Shown one piece after another: positions 9,781 through 18,366 of a DNA stretch of 64,000 nucleotides. Made by a program: the position numbers and the translations under genes. Under the pieces are notes generated by a model. That model saw only the letters and a program-made list of their open reading frames with translations. It was not told where the DNA came from and did not search any database. Source of the stretch: Acidimicrobiia bacterium (GTDB taxonomy: Bacteria > Actinomycetota > Acidimicrobiia > Acidimicrobiales > Ilumatobacteraceae); assembly GCA_009923785.1 (NCBI GenBank), contig RFSV01000003.1:2534-66533 (forward strand), read 5' to 3'. Numbering within the stretch: the stretch's first letter is position 1; each line of letters starts with the position of its first letter.

Positions 9781-10296
9781 CTACTCGGGCAGCGAGTCCC
9801 GAAGGTCCGACAGAACCGACCAGCGCGGATCGACGGTCTCGACCACGCACGAGCAGGTCTCGGTCGACATATCTGCCCCACACACCGGGCACAACCCCGG
9901 ACAGTCCGGACGGCACAGCGGAGCCTCGGGCACATCGAGCAGGACCGACTCCCGAATCATGGACCGGAGGTCGATCTGGTCGTTTTCGATCGGGAAGGCA
10001 TCGGGATCGGTGCGGGTCTCCTGATAGGTCTCGTGGATTCCGATCGTCAGCTCGCCCTCTACGTCGCGAAGACAGCGACGACACACACCGCGGGTTCCCA
10101 CCCGCACCGCGCCCATCACGACCACGGCATCGCTCGTGCTCTCGCACGACAGTTCGACCGATACCTCGGAGTCGTCGACGAGTCGATCCTCTCCGGCGAG
10201 ATCGACGTCGTCGAGAGGAACGACGACGACAAGATCCTTGCGCGAACCCGGCCGGCGGAGAAGTTCGAGAGCGTTGACGACGAGCGGACTGGCCAC
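9781..10296 (-). CDS. YceD/DUF177 family protein (23S rRNA accumulation protein)
   Basis: ORF 9781..10653 trimmed to GTG (complement 10294-10296), 7 nt after the upstream gene's stop. Acidic protein with C-terminal C-x2-C...C-x3-C-x2-C (CRRCL...CRPDCPGLCPVCG) typical of DUF177. Conserved position directly upstream of rpmF. Confidence 0.8.
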   Translation of the reverse strand: MASPLVVNALELLRRPGSRKDLVVVVPLDDVDLAGEDRLVDDSEVSVELSCESTSDAVVVMGAVRVGTRGVCRRCLRDVEGELTIGIHETYQETRTDPDAFPIENDQIDLRSMIRESVLLDVPEAPLCRPDCPGLCPVCGADMSTETCSCVVETVDPRWSVLSDLRDSLPE

Positions 10297-10303
10297 GCGA
10301 GCC

Positions 10304-10942
10304 TCAGCGGTTGGCCGTGCTGTCCTGGTCGAAAAATGCACTCGACGGGTCGGGGGTGGCGACTCCCACGTCTCCGACGTACGTGTCGTCGGAGTAGATG
10401 TCGGGCAGATTTTCCTCATCGGCCCGCTGATCGCCGATCGACAAGCGACGACGTCCGGTGGCCACTGTTCGGGCGAGTTTGTCGAGCAGGATCTCGAAAC
10501 TCGCCAGTCGCTGATCGAGGAAATCCTCGGTCTCGAGCTTGAGCCGGCGCGAATCGTCCTCGGCGGCCTCCATGATCTGCCGGGCTCGCTGCTCGGCTGC
10601 CCGAACGATCTCGGCGCGCTGTACGAATCGCTCGGCCTGGACCTTGGCGGCATCGATGATCTCGTCGGCTTCGCGGTAGGCGCGTTGCATGAACTCTTCG
10701 CGCTCTTTCATCATCCAGCGGGCCTGTCGCAACTCGTCGGGCAACCGACTGAGTGCGCCTTCCAGCAATTCGATGATCTCGTCGCGATCGATTCGAGGGG
10801 TGGACGACAACGGCATGTTGGGAGCCGTCGCGATGATGTCGATGGCGCGCCGGAGCAGAATGCCCGAGTCACCCATGACGTCGTCGGTTCCACGGTCGTA
10901 GGAGCCGGTGTCGTCGTCGAAGTCGTCGAAATCCACGGTCAT
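10304..10942 (-). CDS. Acidic coiled-coil protein, function unknown (occupies the position of DivIVA-like SepIVA/Rv2927c upstream of DUF177)
   Basis: 212 aa. D-rich N-terminus (MTVDFDDFDDD), a central heptad-like helical region (LPDELRQARWMMKEREEFMQRAYREADEIIDAAKVQAERFVQRAEIVRAAEQRARQIMEAAEDDSRRLKLETEDFLDQRL), and a disordered acidic tail. No enzymatic motif seen. Confidence 0.55.
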   Translation of the reverse strand: MTVDFDDFDDDTGSYDRGTDDVMGDSGILLRRAIDIIATAPNMPLSSTPRIDRDEIIELLEGALSRLPDELRQARWMMKEREEFMQRAYREADEIIDAAKVQAERFVQRAEIVRAAEQRARQIMEAAEDDSRRLKLETEDFLDQRLASFEILLDKLARTVATGRRRLSIGDQRADEENLPDIYSDDTYVGDVGVATPDPSSAFFDQDSTANR

Positions 10943-10964
10943 CGGGAGACCCTCTCACTCATCG

Positions 10965-11489
10965 TCACGCTCGACGATCCGATCGCTGTCGAAGGATAGT
11001 CGCCACTTCGCCGGCGATCGGTGCAGGCAGCATGTGTTCGATTCGACCACCGTGAGCCCCGATTTCGCGGATGAAGCGACTGCTCACGTACGACACGTCG
11101 GGGCGAGCCGGCACATAGACGGTGCGGATTCCCGACACCGAATGGTTGGTGAGAGCCATCTGCTGTTCCACGTCGAAGTCGGCCGCCGACCGCAGACCCT
11201 TCACGATGAAGTCGGCGCCGAGCTCACGCGCTGCGTCGACGGCGAGTCCTGGACAGGCCTCCACCCTGACTCCGGTGATGTGGGAGGTGCACACCCCGAT
11301 CAGTCGGACGCGGTCCTCGAGGTCGATGGCTCCCGACGGTTTGCCCGGATTGTGCATGGCGGCAACGATCACCGAGCCGAAGAGCTCGACCGCTTGTTCG
11401 ACGACGTCGAGATGACCGACGTGGAACGGATCGAAACTGCCTGGATACAGGGCGGTGAGCGACGCCGAACCGGCTTGACGGACTGCCAT
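10965..11489 (-). CDS. coaD: Phosphopantetheine adenylyltransferase
   Basis: 174 aa with LYPGSFDPFHVGHLDVVEQA (nucleotidyltransferase H-x-G-H motif), VRGLR-like KGLRSAADFDVE, and ISSRFIREI-like VSSRFIREI. Confidence 0.9.
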   Translation of the reverse strand: MAVRQAGSASLTALYPGSFDPFHVGHLDVVEQAVELFGSVIVAAMHNPGKPSGAIDLEDRVRLIGVCTSHITGVRVEACPGLAVDAARELGADFIVKGLRSAADFDVEQQMALTNHSVSGIRTVYVPARPDVSYVSSRFIREIGAHGGRIEHMLPAPIAGEVATILRQRSDRRA

Positions 11490-11509
11490 GGCAACTCAAG
11501 GTACCGGTT

Positions 11510-12049
11510 TCACACCTCGGGTACGCACCGCACGAAGGTCACCCAGGTTCGCCCGTAACGCTTCGCCCGCACTTCTTCCCAGCCCGTCGGCAGGTCGATG
11601 GGCCGATCACTCTCGAGAACGACGACCGCGTCGGGGTTCGCCACCGGCACCAACGCGTCGAGCAGCCGGGCCCACGCGTCGAAGCCGTACGGAGGATCGA
11701 CGAGTACCAGATCTACGCCTCGAAGCGCTCCGATCGACACCAGTACGTCGCTTGCGACGACGTTCGAGCAGTCGTTCAGCGACAATTTGTCGAGATTCGT
11801 CCGAATGGCTCGTAGAGCATCGCGGTCTCGTTCGACGAAGGTGCATCGACGGGCGCCGCGTGACAGAGCTTCGATTCCGAGCGCGCCGCTACCGGCGTAC
11901 AAATCGACAGCTGATGCGTCCTCGATCGCGCCCAGGCTCTCCAGCGCATTGAACATCGCCTCACGAACCCGATCGGTGGTGGGACGGGTTGCCGCACCTG
12001 ACGGTGCGACGATCGGACGACCGCGAAGCGTTCCGGCCACCACCCGCAT
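11510..12049 (-). CDS. rsmD: 16S rRNA (guanine966-N2)-methyltransferase RsmD
   Basis: 179 aa: MRVVAGTLRGRPIVAPSGAATRPTTDRVREAMFNAL, DLYAGSGALGIEALSRGA (SAM binding), DPPY motif. Classic rsmD-coaD pairing. Confidence 0.85.
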   Translation of the reverse strand: MRVVAGTLRGRPIVAPSGAATRPTTDRVREAMFNALESLGAIEDASAVDLYAGSGALGIEALSRGARRCTFVERDRDALRAIRTNLDKLSLNDCSNVVASDVLVSIGALRGVDLVLVDPPYGFDAWARLLDALVPVANPDAVVVLESDRPIDLPTGWEEVRAKRYGRTWVTFVRCVPEV

Positions 12050-12095
12050 GGTTCCAGCCTACGTAGGCGCGACCGACGACTGGCAGACTCTGTTC

Positions 12096-12272
12096 ATGAC
12101 GCCAGCGTTGCCCCCCGAGACAGAAATCGTGTGCGTCGACTGCGGTGGTCGCTGCTTCTTGCTCACCCACCCGCGAGAGGACGGCTCGTGGATGGCCGGT
12201 GACGTGGTCGCCTATCGATGCCAGGACTGTCTCGATCGTTGGGATCTCGAGTTGCCACCGGCCGACGATTGA
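12096..12272 (+). CDS. Small zinc-ribbon protein (58 aa), hypothetical
   Basis: Tail of ORF 11598..12272 starting at ATG 12096 in the intergenic region divergent from rsmD: MTPALPPETEIVCVDCGGRCFLLTHPREDGSWMAGDVVAYRCQDCLDRWDLELPPADD. Two C-x2-C pairs. Expression unproven. Confidence 0.45.
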   Translation: MTPALPPETEIVCVDCGGRCFLLTHPREDGSWMAGDVVAYRCQDCLDRWDLELPPADD

Positions 12273-12283
12273 CGACGCCAGCC

Positions 12284-13828
12284 TCAGCCCTCGACACGGC
12301 GAGCGACGATCACGTCGGATTCGTCGAGTACGACCTCGAATTCTCCGCCGTCCACGATGTCGTCGAGAACCGTCTCGTGGTCGGAGCTCACGTGATTGCG
12401 ATCGATCACCACCCACTCGATCTCGTCGGGCGATGGAAGTCGATACCCGTCGTCGACTCCCCAGTACGACTCGATCCACGGATTCGGCCAGTCGTAGATC
12501 TGCTCACGTCGAGAAAGGTGAGGGACAATCGTGAACGTTGCCGTCACCGAAGCATCGTTGGGAACCAACTCGACGGCACGTCGCAACACGTCGACCCGCG
12601 GTGAATGTACGGCCCAGACGTTCGAATTGTCGGACCACGGCGAATTCGACCAGGCGAAGTTGCTCACAACCGACGACATCAAAAGAGTGACGACCAACCA
12701 ACCTCGCAAACGCCGTGAACGCCACAACACACGAGCTCCGTCGATGGCCGCCACCATCAAAGGTGCGATCATCACCGAGGTGTACTGCCATCTGATCTGA
12801 CGGGCGTAGGGACTGGTGCCGATCACGCTGGCGAGCATCTGTGGGACGGCGACCAGGAGTTGCAGCGGGGCGAGCAGAGGCGTGACACCGAGAGGCACCA
12901 GCAGGTCGCGAAAGAAACGAAGTCGATCGGGCTGGGTCGCGTCGGATATCACCCGTTGAGGACGACGAAGGATTTCACCCACGACCTGAGCAGTCGTGTC
13001 GCCGTAGTTTCCGTAATAGGCCGACACGTAGAACGGCTCGTCCCCGCGATTGAAGTGGGGAATGACGAAACGAGTGCAGATCAGGTACCAGACCGAACCG
13101 GCGACGAACGTGTAGACGCCGGCCCGCAACGCCACCCCACTATCCCCGGAAATCGACCCCCATGACTTCGACCTCAGGGCAGCGAGCACGTCCTTGAGGT
13201 GAGGAGCGGCCAGAACCACGCCCAACATGGCGACGGCGAGAGCTGCGTCCTCGCGCATCGAGAGAGCGAGCACCACGAAGACGGTGAACCATCGCCATCG
13301 TCTGGTTCGAGCGCACCACCACGACGCAAGTAGTGGCGTGACGACCAGTGCCTCGGGATGAAAGTTGGCCCACACGATCCACTGAACCGGTGCGTACATC
13401 AAGAAGACCACGGCGAAGACGAGACCCATCCATGGAGTTCGGAAGCGATCGCGTGCGAGCAGATACACCGGAATGGCGCCGAGACCCATCACGCAGGCCT
13501 GCACCACGTAGAGAAACGACGGCCCGGCACCAAGCCAATAGAACGGGGCGAACAGAACGGCCACCAGATTGACGTGGTGGCCCCAGAACTCCAGTCCGCG
13601 AACCGTCACGAAACTCTGCCCACCGCGCGACACGAGCCAGAAACCCTGATCGTAGATACCCATGTCGTAGGCCCACGTTCCGAAGTTGCGGTGGTGCAGA
13701 ACTCCGAGCCGTCCGAACACGACCGCGAACACGATCGCACCGGCGAAGCTCAGCCAAGCCGCCGGGTGAACCGTTCGAAGTCGGCGATTCGTACGTTCGC
13801 CGAAACTTCGCACGGCTGTCCCGATCAT
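12284..13828 (-). CDS. Polytopic membrane protein, DUF2079-like (GT-C-fold-like)
   Basis: ORF 12284..14026 trimmed to ATG (complement 13826-13828) to clear the recG stop. Many TM helices: YDMGIYDQGFWLVSRGGQSFVTVRGLEFWGHHVNLVAVLFAPFYW...IPVYLLARDRF. Large C-terminal extracytoplasmic domain. Confidence 0.7.
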   Translation of the reverse strand: MIGTAVRSFGERTNRRLRTVHPAAWLSFAGAIVFAVVFGRLGVLHHRNFGTWAYDMGIYDQGFWLVSRGGQSFVTVRGLEFWGHHVNLVAVLFAPFYWLGAGPSFLYVVQACVMGLGAIPVYLLARDRFRTPWMGLVFAVVFLMYAPVQWIVWANFHPEALVVTPLLASWWCARTRRWRWFTVFVVLALSMREDAALAVAMLGVVLAAPHLKDVLAALRSKSWGSISGDSGVALRAGVYTFVAGSVWYLICTRFVIPHFNRGDEPFYVSAYYGNYGDTTAQVVGEILRRPQRVISDATQPDRLRFFRDLLVPLGVTPLLAPLQLLVAVPQMLASVIGTSPYARQIRWQYTSVMIAPLMVAAIDGARVLWRSRRLRGWLVVTLLMSSVVSNFAWSNSPWSDNSNVWAVHSPRVDVLRRAVELVPNDASVTATFTIVPHLSRREQIYDWPNPWIESYWGVDDGYRLPSPDEIEWVVIDRNHVSSDHETVLDDIVDGGEFEVVLDESDVIVARRVEG

Positions 13829-13865
13829 CACGCGCAGATTAGTCGTGGGTTCTTCGATCGCGTTC

Positions 13866-16022
13866 TCAGCTCTTGAAAAGGAACTCTTCGTCCTCGGGAC
13901 TGAGGAACAGTTCGATCTCTTCGCGCAATTCGGGATTTCCCTCCAAGAACTCGTCGGCGTCGACGATGCTCTGAGCCGCTGAACGTGCCATCTCCACCAG
14001 TTCGCGATCCCGGCGAAGGGACGCAAGTCGAAGGTCGCTTCGCCCTTTCTGCTCTTTGTTCATCAGGGTGCCTTCACCACGCAGCTCGAGATCGACTTCA
14101 GCCAAAAGGAACCCGTCATCGGACTCGACCAGGGCTTCGATGCGCGGATTCACCTCAGCGACGAGCGCGTCGTCATCGGCGGACGTCACGAGCCAACAGA
14201 TCGACTCGTGGCTCCCACGACCGACTCGACCGCGCAACTGGTGCAGCTGGGCGATACCGAATCGATCGGCATCGAGTACGACCATCACCGTCGCATTCGG
14301 GACATCGACGCCCACTTCGATCACGGTGGTGGCGACCAATACGTCGACCTGGCCGTCTCGGAATCGGCCCATCATGACGTCCTTGTCGGCCGACGACATA
14401 CGTCCGTGCAGAAGACCGAGGCGAAGTCCCGACAGTTCGCCGGACTCCAAACGGGCCAGGGTCTCTTCGGCCGAAGCCACTTCGAGCTTCTCGCTCTCTT
14501 CGATGAGCGGGCAGACGACGTAGGCCTGTCGACCTTGCCCGATCTGGGCTCTGACGTCGTCCCACACCTGCGCTTCGTCGACACCAGCCACCGCATGCCG
14601 GGTGAGGATGGGTGTGCGACCGGGAGGCTTCTCGTCGAGGATGCTCACGTCTAGGTCGCCGTACACGGTCATGGCGGCGGTTCGCGGAATCGGCGTCGCA
14701 GTCATCACCAGCACGTCGGGAACCGCTCCTCGGTCGCCCTTGTCGCGTAACGCCGCTCGCTGTTCCACGCCGAATCGGTGCTGTTCGTCGACGACGACCA
14801 CACCGAGGCTGTGGAACTCGACCGCCTCCTGGATGAGAGCGTGGGTACCGATCACGAGATCGACCTCTCCGTCGGCAAGTCCGGCCAGAACGTTGCGGCG
14901 TCGTTCGCCAGTGACCGAATTGGTGAGCAGTTCGACCCGAACGGGTCGTTCGCCGAAGAGATTTTCCGGATCGGGAACGAGCAAGCCGTCGAGAAGTGTC
15001 GATACTCCTGCGGCATGCTGTTCGGCCAGCACCTCGGTGGGAGCCATCAAGGCCCCTTGGTGGCCGCCGTCGACGGCTGTGAGCATGGCCGTCACGGCGA
15101 CCAAGGTCTTTCCCGCACCCACGTCACCTTGGAGGAGACGGTGCATCGGTGTCGGCGAACCCAAATCGACGTCGATTTCACCGATCACTCGACGTTGTGC
15201 CCCCGTGAGGGAATACGGCAACTGCTCGAGGAACCGTCGAACGAGCGGACCTCCGACTACGTGCTCGACTCCCGTCGACTCGCGCTCGATCGCCCTCTTG
15301 CGCATCACCAGAACCAACTGCACCCGCAAGAGCTCGTCAAATGCCAGACGACGGCGAGCCATCTCCTTTGCTGCGAATGTCTCAGGGAGGTGAATGCCTT
15401 CGAGCGCCTCACTGCGCGATACGAGCGAGTATTCGCGCCGCAGGGACTCTGGAACCGGATCGGCGATTCCTCGAGGACGACTTCGTGACAGCGTCTCTTC
15501 GATAGCTCTGCGCACGACCCAGGAAGGCAGGTCGATCTTTTCACTTTGCGGGTACACGGCGACGATTGGCCGAGGACGTTCACCCGGGTCACCAAGTACG
15601 TCGACGGTCGGATTGGCCATCTGCAGGTCACCGCGAAACGAGGACACGCGCCCGTGAACGGCGGCGAGTGAACCCACGGCGAGTTGTCGTTCGCGCCAAG
15701 ACTGATTGAAGAACACGATCTTCAACGAACCGGTGTCATCGGCCAGAGTCACGTTCACTCGCGATGGCCCCCGACCACGCGGAGTGGCGCTCACACGCGA
15801 GATCTCACCGACGACGAGTGCGTCGAGACCCTCCGCCAACTCTCCGATCGTCGCCTCGCGAGTTCGGTCGATCCATCGACGCGGATAGTGCGACAGGAGC
15901 CGCAGCAGATCCTCGATCCCGAACTTGGCGAAGTTTTCGAGCCTCTTCCCACTCCCGACCGCCTTCAACCGCGACAGCGGCATCTCCGACAGTTCTCGGG
16001 ACGTGATGGGTCGTTCGGTCAC
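13866..16022 (-). CDS. recG: ATP-dependent DNA helicase RecG
   Basis: Wedge/OB domain followed by an SF2 helicase: LLQGDVGAGKTLVA (Walker A), VVVDEQHRFGV (DEQH), MTATPIPRT, TTVIEVGVDVPNAT, LHQLRGRVGRG. Start set at GTG (complement 16020-16022), which forms a GTGA overlap with the yloV stop. The first ATG of the ORF (16070) would overlap yloV by 52 nt, and ATG at 15983 is another option. Confidence 0.9.
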   Translation of the reverse strand: MTERPITSRELSEMPLSRLKAVGSGKRLENFAKFGIEDLLRLLSHYPRRWIDRTREATIGELAEGLDALVVGEISRVSATPRGRGPSRVNVTLADDTGSLKIVFFNQSWRERQLAVGSLAAVHGRVSSFRGDLQMANPTVDVLGDPGERPRPIVAVYPQSEKIDLPSWVVRRAIEETLSRSRPRGIADPVPESLRREYSLVSRSEALEGIHLPETFAAKEMARRRLAFDELLRVQLVLVMRKRAIERESTGVEHVVGGPLVRRFLEQLPYSLTGAQRRVIGEIDVDLGSPTPMHRLLQGDVGAGKTLVAVTAMLTAVDGGHQGALMAPTEVLAEQHAAGVSTLLDGLLVPDPENLFGERPVRVELLTNSVTGERRRNVLAGLADGEVDLVIGTHALIQEAVEFHSLGVVVVDEQHRFGVEQRAALRDKGDRGAVPDVLVMTATPIPRTAAMTVYGDLDVSILDEKPPGRTPILTRHAVAGVDEAQVWDDVRAQIGQGRQAYVVCPLIEESEKLEVASAEETLARLESGELSGLRLGLLHGRMSSADKDVMMGRFRDGQVDVLVATTVIEVGVDVPNATVMVVLDADRFGIAQLHQLRGRVGRGSHESICWLVTSADDDALVAEVNPRIEALVESDDGFLLAEVDLELRGEGTLMNKEQKGRSDLRLASLRRDRELVEMARSAAQSIVDADEFLEGNPELREEIELFLSPEDEEFLFKS

Positions 16023-17722
16023 TCGACGCCGAAGAGATAGGGGTACAACGGCTGGCCGCCCCGATGGCACTCGACTTGCACATCAGAACGTTCGACGGCG
16101 AGCCAGGCACGAATCGCTTCGGTGGCCGACGGAGTCGCCTCGGCTCCTTCGATGATCGTGACGATCTCGCGGTCGTCGGAGACGATCGACTGCAAGAGGC
16201 CGATCGCCGCCCCTTCGGACGAACCCGACACGGCGACGATTCCTTCACCGCGAACGAGACCGATCCAATCGCCGATCGTCACCGGACCGGCCTCGGTGGA
16301 TGCATCACGCACCGCCTTCGTCACCTCACCGGTGGTCATCGCTCCGATCGCCGATGCCATGGACGCCCCATTGACGTCGCACGACGCCTCGGGGTCGTAC
16401 ACCACCAAAGCGGCCAGCGCTTCCGGCATCGAACGAGTGGCGACCACCTGCACCACCTTCGACGTGAGGCCATCGAGTTGTTCGGCGACGGGGATGATGT
16501 TCTTGTTGTTGGGCAGGACGATCACCTGGTCGGCGTTCACCCGAGTGACGGCGTCGAGTAGTTCGGCCGTCGAGGGGTTGAGAGTTTGTCCACCGGTGAC
16601 GATCCCTTGAACGCCGAGCTGACCGAAGAGTTCTTCGAGTCCACTTCCACTGCATACGGCGACCACCGCAGTCGTGACCCGGGGCAGACTCGACCATTCG
16701 CTGTCAGCGGAGTCGCCCTGCGACCCGTGCGCCGCGTGCTGCTCGGCGACTTCTTCGAACAAGTCGGTCACCCGTATCTGCTTCGGTCGGCCTCCGAGGT
16801 CGATTGCCACTTCGATGGCTGCGCCGATGTCGTTAGTGTGGACGTGGCAGTTCCATAGGCCGTCGCCACCCACCACCACGATCGAATCCCCGATCTCGGC
16901 CCAGTCGTTCTTGAACTCACCGATGCGGTTGTCGTCGAGATGTAGGAAATACATGACTTCGTAGCGAAGGTCGGCCACCGACAGTTCTGCGTGATCGTCG
17001 GGCGACGAAAGAGACGACACGTCGAACTGCGGCAGTTCTGTGGCATCGCCCCCGATCGAGTCCTCGGGCGTCGGAATGGGCTCGCCGTCGACCACGTTCA
17101 GCGCTGCGTCGAGGAGAAGGAGGAAACCTGCACCACCGGCGTCCACTACTCCGGCGTCTTTCAGGACCGGAAGCATCTCGGGTGTGCGATCGAGTGCGCT
17201 TCGTCCAGCGTCACGCGCCGCACGCAAGACGCCGGCGAGGCCCTCACCGTCGGCGGCCGCTTGGCGCGCTGCGTCGGACGCTTCGCGAACCACGGTCAGG
17301 ATGGTTCCTTCGATCGGCTTCACCACGGCCTGGTATGCCGATGTCGACGCCGCCGACAGAGCTTCGGCCACTTCAGTCGCCGTGTGAGTGGCCGCTTTCG
17401 AGAGTCGGCCCGACATCCCGCGCAAGATCTGGGAGAGGATCACCCCCGAATTTCCGCGAGCACCCATCAACGATCCGTGCGAGATCGCCTGACACGTGGG
17501 CTCGATCCCCGAGTCGGCCGATTCGAGTTCGGCGACCACCGCATCCAGGGTGCGGGCCATGTTGGTCCCGGTGTCACCGTCGGGGACGGGATAGACGTTC
17601 AGCCGATTGATGCGGGGGGCGTGAGCCTTGACTGCGTCCCGAAACGTGACGACCGTCCGTCGCAGACGATCGGCATCGAACCTCTCGGACGGCTCGTCGG
17701 GTGCCAGCACGGGCGCAGTCAC
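16019..17722 (-). CDS. DAK2 domain fusion protein YloV family
   Basis: 567 aa. N-terminal Dak2 domain (LNVYPVPDGDTGTNMARTL) and a C-terminal DegV/Dak1-like domain. Conserved recG-yloV / rpmB divergent arrangement. Confidence 0.85.
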   Translation of the reverse strand: MTAPVLAPDEPSERFDADRLRRTVVTFRDAVKAHAPRINRLNVYPVPDGDTGTNMARTLDAVVAELESADSGIEPTCQAISHGSLMGARGNSGVILSQILRGMSGRLSKAATHTATEVAEALSAASTSAYQAVVKPIEGTILTVVREASDAARQAAADGEGLAGVLRAARDAGRSALDRTPEMLPVLKDAGVVDAGGAGFLLLLDAALNVVDGEPIPTPEDSIGGDATELPQFDVSSLSSPDDHAELSVADLRYEVMYFLHLDDNRIGEFKNDWAEIGDSIVVVGGDGLWNCHVHTNDIGAAIEVAIDLGGRPKQIRVTDLFEEVAEQHAAHGSQGDSADSEWSSLPRVTTAVVAVCSGSGLEELFGQLGVQGIVTGGQTLNPSTAELLDAVTRVNADQVIVLPNNKNIIPVAEQLDGLTSKVVQVVATRSMPEALAALVVYDPEASCDVNGASMASAIGAMTTGEVTKAVRDASTEAGPVTIGDWIGLVRGEGIVAVSGSSEGAAIGLLQSIVSDDREIVTIIEGAEATPSATEAIRAWLAVERSDVQVECHRGGQPLYPYLFGVE

Positions 17723-17864
17723 GAACCGAGCGTACCCCTCCCGGCCAGGTCATCGCTGTTTGTGATCACCGTCATCACCCGCATCACTTGGGGTGGCGGA
17801 AGGCCCGCCGGTAGCATTCGGACGCTGTCAGGACCCCGCCTCGGGCCCGAAAGTGAGATCGATC

Positions 17865-18077
17865 ATGGCATCAGTATGTGAAGTGTGCGGAAAGCGTCCC
17901 TCCTGGGGCATGTCGGTGTCGCACTCGCACGTGCGGACCAAGCGTCGCTGGAACCCGAACATCCAGCGTGTCCGGGCTCTGGTGAACGGTTCGCCGAAGC
18001 GAGTCAACGTCTGCACGTCGTGCATCCGCGCCGGCAAGGTGACCAAGGTCGCCGGCCGCACCACGGCGAGCAACTGA
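17865..18077 (+). CDS. rpmB: 50S ribosomal protein L28
   Basis: ORF 17793..18077 trimmed to ATG 17865: MASVCEVCGKRPSWGMSVSHSHVRTKRRWNPNIQRVRALVNGSPKRVNVCTSCIRAGKV, a typical L28 sequence. Confidence 0.9.
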   Translation: MASVCEVCGKRPSWGMSVSHSHVRTKRRWNPNIQRVRALVNGSPKRVNVCTSCIRAGKVTKVAGRTTASN

Positions 18078-18085
18078 GCGACCGC

Positions 18086-18307
18086 ATGCAGGGAGTCATC
18101 AAGGCCTACGACCCGGGAACGGGAACTGGCCTCGTGCTGTCCGATGCCGACCTCAGTGAACACGAACTGGCTGCCGACGCGCTGAACGGGAGCATCTTTC
18201 GCATGCTGCGCCCCGGCCAGCGTGTGATCTTCGATCTCGACGACACCGGCTGCGCGACGCGTTTGCGTCTCGGATCCGAAGTCGACATGGGTACCCCTGG
18301 CGGCTGA
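18086..18307 (+). CDS. Small conserved-looking hypothetical protein (73 aa), possibly a degenerate cold-shock/OB-like fold
   Basis: Tail of ORF 17885..18307 from ATG 18086, 8 nt after the rpmB stop: MQGVIKAYDPGTGTGLVLSDADLSEHELAADALNGSIFRMLRPGQRVIFDLDDTGCATRLRLGSEVDMGTPGG. The layout recalls CSD proteins (G.IK.Y....G.G.V......FR.L..GQ.V.F) but lacks RNP motifs. Confidence 0.5.
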   Translation: MQGVIKAYDPGTGTGLVLSDADLSEHELAADALNGSIFRMLRPGQRVIFDLDDTGCATRLRLGSEVDMGTPGG

Positions 18308-18366
18308 TCGCCTCGACGCCTCGGCGTCACCACAACCGATTCGTCACTCACCCCTAGGAGACGACC

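Noticed and set aside
9482-10147. N-terminal 222-aa extension of the plsX ORF (ORF track start at 10147). Analogous extensions occur at 21937..23358 (PIG-L), 56966..58330 (permease), 53797..54861 (LarE-like) and 334..2007.
   Set aside because: The extensions are Arg/Pro/Gly-rich and overlap independently supported genes (rpmF, DUF177, CaiB, ABC ATPase). Homology-like sequence begins at internal ATG/GTG codons, which are often in GTGA overlap with the upstream stop.
17723-17864. The larger non-coding gaps (17723-17864, 36485-36597, 37805-37944, 42336-42450, 62651-62731) were inspected for tRNA, small RNA or riboswitch signatures
   Set aside because: No tRNA-like T-arm or anticodon-arm pattern and no riboswitch consensus I recognise. 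Only short GC hairpins (for example cgaggc N8 gcctcg at 42353-42372), consistent with ordinary divergent promoter or UTR regions.
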